A model generated the notes under the pieces. It saw nothing but the letters and a program-made list of their open reading frames with translations, was not told where the DNA came from and made no database searches. Positions 58,616-64,000 of a stretch of DNA of 64,000 nt are shown here, piece after piece; within the stretch, counting starts at the first letter, position 1; each line of letters begins with the position of its first letter. The position numbers and the translations under genes were made by a program. Source of the stretch: Promethearchaeota archaeon (GTDB lineage Archaea; Asgardarchaeota; Lokiarchaeia; Sigyniarchaeales; SOKP01). The stretch covers positions 73,678-137,677 of the forward strand of contig JAUVXW010000007.1 in the NCBI GenBank assembly GCA_030603385.1. The letters are read 5' to 3'.

Positions 58616-59815
58616 TCATTTTTTATTATTTACAAAATGCTTTAAGACAACTATATAATTTTTTACAGTCAATATTTTGGGATTTTTTCTATAATTTGCT
58701 GGAATTGGGGCATTACATCGAGAACAGAGGTTTGAACTTCGCAACCAATCCTTAAATTCATCTGCATGAGCAGGATATCGACATTTAGGGCATAAAATTA
58801 TTCCTCTACCTCTGTCTTCAGGAAATTTCGGCAATTTAAAACAAAAGATACATTTAAAATCCTCTGTTGATAAACGTCCTGCTTTTGGTTTATATAAATT
58901 AAAATTACTTATTTTTCTGGTGCTTTGTTTACTTCTTACTTGTGTTCCTGCTGGTCCTCTACTTACAGATCGAGTAGATGTTTTGGACCTTGTAGATCGC
59001 CTGTTTGCTGTTGGTGTTGATCTCGATGAATGACTAACTGATCTTGATCTATTAGTTACAGTTCTGGTTGAGGGTGTTGGAGATGATCTTGTTGTTGTAC
59101 GAAGACTTTCTCTATATCTTCTAGGACTTATATTTCTTCTAGGTGATGCTAATTGATTTAATCTATTTGTACGTTGTGTTATGTAATCTCTTGTTAATTG
59201 GGGTAATTGTGATCGCGTCCCAAATAATCCTGGGATAATAATTATTAATATAGTACTGATAAGCAATGCTAAAAGATTAAGATCTATTAAAAAATGAAGA
59301 GGTATTAAATGGAGTTCATAGAAGTCGATAAGTGAATAAAAGCTTATCCAATAAATAATTATGAAAAACAGAATTGAGATACCTAAAATATATCCAAATT
59401 TACGTGCATTTACGGATTTCGTTCCAAAATAAATTACATTATATTTTTTGAAACAACGATATAGAGAAATTGAACCATATAATATATAAGGAAATCCAAA
59501 TAGAATACCCCACCAGCTTAAATACAAATCTGAATCTTCTAGAAGATTTTCTCCCAATAAACCTGTAAAATTTCCCCAGATTGAATAAAAAATTCCAATA
59601 AAAACAGGAGCAATTGTAAAAAATGCAGTATTATGAGGTGAATTATATTCGCGATATTGTTTAATATTTTTTAAAACCTTAAATGAAAAAATTAGCCAGA
59701 TTCCAATTAACAACCAACTTACAAATACATTAACAGAATTTAGAATAGCACCATGTATTATGCCGATAATTGAAAATGCAATTAATAGTAGAGCTATTGA
59801 TTTAGTTTTCACCAC
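58616..59815 (-). CDS. Roughly six-TM membrane protein with R/S/T-rich linker and C-terminal RING-like finger (putative membrane E3 ligase)
   Basis: Six hydrophobic segments in the N-terminal half, then CIFC..CPKC..H..E...W..CSRC; last gene of the ubiquitin cluster. Confidence 0.7.
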   Translation of the reverse strand: MVKTKSIALLLIAFSIIGIIHGAILNSVNVFVSWLLIGIWLIFSFKVLKNIKQYREYNSPHNTAFFTIAPVFIGIFYSIWGNFTGLLGENLLEDSDLYLSWWGILFGFPYILYGSISLYRCFKKYNVIYFGTKSVNARKFGYILGISILFFIIIYWISFYSLIDFYELHLIPLHFLIDLNLLALLISTILIIIIPGLFGTRSQLPQLTRDYITQRTNRLNQLASPRRNISPRRYRESLRTTTRSSPTPSTRTVTNRSRSVSHSSRSTPTANRRSTRSKTSTRSVSRGPAGTQVRSKQSTRKISNFNLYKPKAGRLSTEDFKCIFCFKLPKFPEDRGRGIILCPKCRYPAHADEFKDWLRSSNLCSRCNAPIPANYRKNPKILTVKNYIVVLKHFVNNKK

Positions 59816-59844
59816 GGCTTAATAACCCCCTTCTATATCATAAT

Positions 59845-60657
59845 TTAATCTTCGTCATATTCTAAATAAATAGGTTTCCCCTGAATAATAGGATTCATAA
59901 ATGCTAAGATATCTGGTAACATTCGTATGTCTAATGACCCTTTAATTCCATATAATAATGGATACCACGTTTTTGTCTTCAGATTTGCTCGATAAATCTC
60001 AAAACCCGCTGAAGTTCCATCAATAAGGTAAGGATCAATAACAAGCGCAACGGCTTTATCCCAGAGTTTTTGATATCTTTCTTGAGTGCCTATATCTTCA
60101 CTAGACATGAAACAGCCAAAAGTTGGATGTGAATGATACCATCCACACAAGAATAATTTTTGTTTTTTAATATCTCTATAAGCTCTCACATAATTCTTAT
60201 AATCTTTAATTTCTGCATAAACTGCGGTTCCATGCCCCATTGGGTAAACATCTTCGATATGTAGTATTTCATTTTTATCTAATTTTCCTCCAAGAAGCCC
60301 TATAACTTCCACCCAATTTACTTTTGGAATCTTATTATTAGCATATTTAAGCGCATGGCTTGCTATTTTAAGGATTGCTTTTATTGAAATATAGATTTCT
60401 TTTTGGATTTCCAGTTCAATTTGAGTTTCAACATTTTTTTTCTCTACTATTTTAGCAGTAGGTTCTTTTGAATGTTTTATGATTGGTTTAGTATTTGATT
60501 TCTGTGTAAGCATAGAAGTAATTTCTTCTGTTATTTCTTCTTCTTCTAATTTAAGCTCTTCACATATTTCATCTAATAATTCTTTTTTTATTTTTTCCTT
60601 AATTTTCCTCTTAATTTTATCTTTTATTGAATTATTAGATAATTGTTTTTCTTCCAT
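59845..60657 (-). CDS. JAMM/MPN+ metalloprotease (Rpn11/CSN5-like deubiquitinase)
   Basis: EVIGLL, GWYHSHPTFGCFMSSEDIGTQ and ALVIDP motifs; charged N-terminal extension. Confidence 0.92.
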   Translation of the reverse strand: MEEKQLSNNSIKDKIKRKIKEKIKKELLDEICEELKLEEEEITEEITSMLTQKSNTKPIIKHSKEPTAKIVEKKNVETQIELEIQKEIYISIKAILKIASHALKYANNKIPKVNWVEVIGLLGGKLDKNEILHIEDVYPMGHGTAVYAEIKDYKNYVRAYRDIKKQKLFLCGWYHSHPTFGCFMSSEDIGTQERYQKLWDKAVALVIDPYLIDGTSAGFEIYRANLKTKTWYPLLYGIKGSLDIRMLPDILAFMNPIIQGKPIYLEYDED

Positions 60658-60663
60658 TAGGAA

Positions 60664-61191
60664 TCACCACTTCTTATTTGCATACTTTTTTACTAGGTTT
60701 TTAACTTTTTTCTCGAAAAACTTAGGATTTTTCATCATTTCTATTGCTGCTTTTTTATTAAAAACATCCGTTGGATTTACATATTTACCACGGGTGTTTA
60801 ACATAGCAATTATTGCTTGAACAACTGTTACTGCTTTTTTTGATGGACTCCATCCACCTTTTTTACCAATAAAAGAGGGATCTACTAAAGCTAGACAAAT
60901 ATTCCTCTGTCCTTTATATTCAGTAGGTTTTGGCCAAAAATTTGGATGCCATATTGGAGTATGCATTCTTACAAAAGGCGGTTGTTTAGGATACTGAGTA
61001 GGAAATTTCATTTCCAATTTAAAGACACCACCCCCATATGCAGTACCTTTAGGACCTTTAATAGTTAGAGCTAAATGGTCAATACTCTTTCTTTTTGGAT
61101 TGAATGGTTTTAATTGAACAATGGCTCCTTCTTTAAGCATTTTTTTTAATCCTGCAAAATCTTGGGAAATACGACTACTTCTTATACTCAT
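60664..61191 (-). CDS. Ubiquitin-conjugating enzyme E2
   Basis: GPKGTAYGGGVF, FP.QYP..PP, HPN, catalytic ICL and WSP motifs. Confidence 0.95.
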   Translation of the reverse strand: MSIRSSRISQDFAGLKKMLKEGAIVQLKPFNPKRKSIDHLALTIKGPKGTAYGGGVFKLEMKFPTQYPKQPPFVRMHTPIWHPNFWPKPTEYKGQRNICLALVDPSFIGKKGGWSPSKKAVTVVQAIIAMLNTRGKYVNPTDVFNKKAAIEMMKNPKFFEKKVKNLVKKYANKKW

Positions 61192-61293
61192 TTTTTCATA
61201 CCTTTTTATTATTTATTCTAATTCTTTATTATTATATTTTTTTTTAATGTGTTTTTTGTTAAATTTTATATAAAATATTTTTTGGTTAAATTC

Positions 61294-62529
61294 TTATCTC
61301 AATTTTAAGGTTACAAAAATTTCTCCATCCTTAAACCCTGCAGCTGTAATTAATTCATAATTTCTCAAATCATTTTCATCAGGGGTCTGTTCTAAATCTA
61401 TAATCTTTATATCATTGAAATCTAATAAAGTTAGGATTGGCTCAGAATCTTTATCCAGTTCAAAACCATTATTTTTCAATATCTCAATTAATCTTCCACA
61501 GGGTGATTGAGATCTCAATTTTATAGAAACTCTTCTAACATGTTTACCACATTGAGAACATTCTGGATTTCTCTTTTTTTCAATATGATAAAATTTCATG
61601 GTCATTGCATTAAAGATTATATAACTTTGAACAGGCTCACCTAATCCTTTATGTCCCTTTCTCCAATGAAGAATTTTTACTACTTCATGTGATTGTAATG
61701 CTGAAATAACTGCGTTTATTGTTATTATTCCAGGATCATGTCTATCAATAATTTTTACAATATCATCTTCTGTATATTCAGGTAAGAAATTATGTTTATT
61801 AGCTAATTCATTTGCAACCTTTTGAATGAATTTAATATCATTTAAATTCTTTGGATTTGGTTCTTTATCAAATTTTTCTTTAAATGCCATATCTCCTTTG
61901 AAAACGCAATGAATTCTTTTTCGGGGGACTCCTACAACTGTACAAGCTGCCATCTCATCATTTTCCCCGACAGGTAATGGATTGCATTCATAACAAGCAT
62001 TTTGGTAAGGAAATATTGTATATACATGGCCATGATAACCAGATACACCTCCATCCACTAGAGGTTTTTTGAATCTTATACATTGAGCATTTAAGTTTAA
62101 ACGTGCATTCATCGAATCAAGGCCACCTATGATAACATCAGCAGCTTGATATATCGCAGGATTCAATCGTTCTAATGAAGTATGATATCCTTTGACAATG
62201 ATATTAGGATTAATTTCCCTTAGTTTTTTAGCCGCAACAACTGCCTTAGGCTCTCCGATCTTTGCTCCAGTGAAAAGAATTTGTCGGTTCAAATTAGAGT
62301 GTTCAATGATATCTAAATCGACGAGATCTAAATAACCAACTCCAAGCATAGCTAAGTTCTTAGCAATTTCACAACCTAAACCACCAACACCTGCTATTAA
62401 CACTCTCGAATTTTTTACCAATTTTTGAGACCAACCCTCAAAACGAAACTGGCGGTCATATAAATCTCTCTCTTCCTCTGATAGTTCTTTTCCGAAAAAT
62501 TCTGAACCCTTATCCAATATTATCACCAT
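61294..62529 (-). CDS. Ubiquitin-activating enzyme E1 (Uba3/Uba2-like)
   Basis: YDRQ, GVGGLGCE, SNLNRQ, CYEC, catalytic-Cys segment ACTVVGVPRKRIHC, and C..CG. Confidence 0.93.
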   Translation of the reverse strand: MVIILDKGSEFFGKELSEEERDLYDRQFRFEGWSQKLVKNSRVLIAGVGGLGCEIAKNLAMLGVGYLDLVDLDIIEHSNLNRQILFTGAKIGEPKAVVAAKKLREINPNIIVKGYHTSLERLNPAIYQAADVIIGGLDSMNARLNLNAQCIRFKKPLVDGGVSGYHGHVYTIFPYQNACYECNPLPVGENDEMAACTVVGVPRKRIHCVFKGDMAFKEKFDKEPNPKNLNDIKFIQKVANELANKHNFLPEYTEDDIVKIIDRHDPGIITINAVISALQSHEVVKILHWRKGHKGLGEPVQSYIIFNAMTMKFYHIEKKRNPECSQCGKHVRRVSIKLRSQSPCGRLIEILKNNGFELDKDSEPILTLLDFNDIKIIDLEQTPDENDLRNYELITAAGFKDGEIFVTLKLR

Positions 62530-62609
62530 TAATATTAATAAAAAAAATAAAAAAAAGTTGAAGGTCTAAACGCCCTTATGTTATAATTTATGAAGAACAT
62601 TATATAAGT

Positions 62610-62945
62610 TTACCCAGCAGTACTAGCAGGGATCAAAAGAATATCATCTCCATCATTTATATGATATTCTTTTAATGAGCTATTTTCATCCATTGTCACT
62701 CCACCAGATGATAAATGAAAGTCATTAGGATCAAGTCCATATAAATTTCCTAATGTTTGCTTAATGTCATCAACGCAATTTCCGTCATTCACAGTTAATT
62801 TTTCCTTCTTTTCACCAGGACCAATAGTTGACATGAAATATAAAGTTAATTTCTTTCCTGCTGAAGGGATTTTAGTCATGGGTGTTTTAGATTTCATAGG
62901 TTCTTCCCCAACTAAATCCTCATCAAATTTTTCTTCAAAACTCAT
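62610..62945 (-). CDS. Ubiquitin-like modifier with N-terminal extension
   Basis: Beta-grasp pattern (VDDIK..L...YGL.P..FHL..GG..MDE..SL.EY.I.DGD.ILLIP) ending in Gly; directly upstream of E1. Confidence 0.88.
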   Translation of the reverse strand: MSFEEKFDEDLVGEEPMKSKTPMTKIPSAGKKLTLYFMSTIGPGEKKEKLTVNDGNCVDDIKQTLGNLYGLDPNDFHLSSGGVTMDENSSLKEYHINDGDDILLIPASTAG

Positions 62946-63118
62946 TCACATCACTTCCAATTTTTTTTATTTTTAATTTTTTTTTTTTATTAACTTAATA
63001 AAATCGGATTAAAATGATATTATAAAACCCTTTGGCATGATTTTGAAGTTTTTCAAGCAATTTTTAAAAACTATAAAAAATATGGTTGTAGTTAACATTT
63101 ATACATTTATTGTACTTA

Positions 63119-64000
63119 TCATGGCATGAAGGAAAATAGTTCCTCAATCTCATCAATAGGTAATCTTGAAATAATTGAAGTCGTGGGAGTTATAATCTGC
63201 CTTGATAATTTTCTTTTTTCCTCTAGCAGTTTATCAATCTTTTCTTCTATTGTTCCTGTAGCAACAAATTTATAAACATTAACATTCTGATCTTGACCAA
63301 TCCGATAAGCTCTATCAGTGGCTTGTGACTCCGTGCTAGGATTCCACCACCGATCTACATGTATTACAGTTGTTCCTTGGGTTAAATTTAAGCCAAAACC
63401 ACCAGCTTTTAGGGAAACAATTAGAATTTTTGAACTTACCTCTTTACTTGATTGAAAATCCTTTACAATCTTATCTCTTTGATTGGGATTCAAGCTACCA
63501 TGAAAAAATGATACTATTTTCCCAAATTTAGCGTTAAAAGCCATTAGTAAAATATCCCCCAACGTTTTATACTGTGAAAATATGAGAACCTTTTGGTCAT
63601 TTTCAAGAATGTTCTCAATAATATCAAAAATCCTCGAGATTTTAGGAGATTGTACTAGAAAATCCTTGAGGTTTTTCTTAAAATCATATTTAGCTGGATC
63701 AATTTTAAGATATTGTAATGGGTGATTGCAAAGTTGTTTTAGCTTAGTTAATAGTTTAAGTACAAGTCCACTTCGCATTTGTGCACTATTATAATTCTCT
63801 CTTATATCCTTAATGACGTCATTCACGATTTTTTTGTATAGGCTTATTTGGGAGGCAGACAGGTTAATATATATCGTTATTTCATTTTTTTCCGGTAAAT
63901 CTTTAATCACTTTTTTGTCTGCTTTTAAACGTCTCAATATGAAGGGATCTATAATTGATTTTAGTTTTTTGATTTTTTCAGCATTTTGGTAATTCTCAAT
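63119..64000 (-). CDS. SNF2-family helicase, C-terminal part (5'-partial)
   Basis: PFILRRLK, LKQLCNHP, KVLIFSQY, SLKAGGFGLNL, DRWWNP and QATDRAYRIGQ motifs; frame open to the window end. Confidence 0.93.
   Translation of the reverse strand: MENYQNAEKIKKLKSIIDPFILRRLKADKKVIKDLPEKNEITIYINLSASQISLYKKIVNDVIKDIRENYNSAQMRSGLVLKLLTKLKQLCNHPLQYLKIDPAKYDFKKNLKDFLVQSPKISRIFDIIENILENDQKVLIFSQYKTLGDILLMAFNAKFGKIVSFFHGSLNPNQRDKIVKDFQSSKEVSSKILIVSLKAGGFGLNLTQGTTVIHVDRWWNPSTESQATDRAYRIGQDQNVNVYKFVATGTIEEKIDKLLEEKRKLSRQIITPTTSIISRLPIDEIEELFSFMP

Noticed and set aside
58616-62945. E1/E2/JAB genes as a bacterial CBASS/Bil-type antiphage system or a ThiF/MoeB sulfur-transfer operon
   Set aside because: No CD-NTase or effector is present. 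E1, E2 and JAMM carry eukaryote-like motifs (Uba3-type Cys segment, HPN, WYHSHP.FGC), and no thiamine or molybdopterin genes are adjacent.
876-62976. About 30 short ORF-track entries antisense to or nested in longer genes (e.g. 4237-4446, 11442-11792, 12617-12994, 23077-23466, 30929-31339, 60479-60820)
   Set aside because: These are shadow ORFs of well-supported genes and carry no recognisable motifs.
1-64000. tRNA, rRNA or structured ncRNA genes, and in-frame Sec (TGA) recoding
   Set aside because: No GC-rich structured intergenic segment was seen and no gene appeared split at a TGA. A covariance-model search would be needed to exclude small RNAs.

Overview
Very AT-rich, gene-dense archaeal chromosome segment, almost certainly from an Asgard archaeon of the Lokiarchaeia type. 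This call rests on ether-lipid genes (GGGPS, DGGGPS, GGR), F420/H4MPT genes, SCP2 proteins and several eukaryotic-signature proteins. In order, the window holds: shikimate genes (aroD/aroK/aroE) with adk, two LITAF-like membrane Zn proteins, tmk, a leuCD/hacAB-type pair, rps2, cooC, a longin/uDENN-like gene next to an HTH-Roadblock fusion, a DNA-repair radical SAM/DUF4130 pair, two orphan adenine methyltransferases, ilvD, DDAH, sulfatase plus anSME, a lipid operon, a PadR-HAAS pair with a clear operator, and a dispersed methanopterin/F420 cluster interrupted by a glycyl-radical enzyme locus. At the right end is the most striking element: a co-oriented ubiquitin-like conjugation cluster. It contains a Ubl ending in a single Gly with a UFM1-like tail, a Uba3-like E1, an E2, a JAMM protease and a roughly six-TM membrane protein with a C-terminal RING-like finger, which resembles ERAD ligases in architecture. 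At least three genes appear to start at non-canonical ATT/ATC codons. I saw no rRNA, tRNA, CRISPR array or IS element. All family calls come from motif recognition, without database searches.
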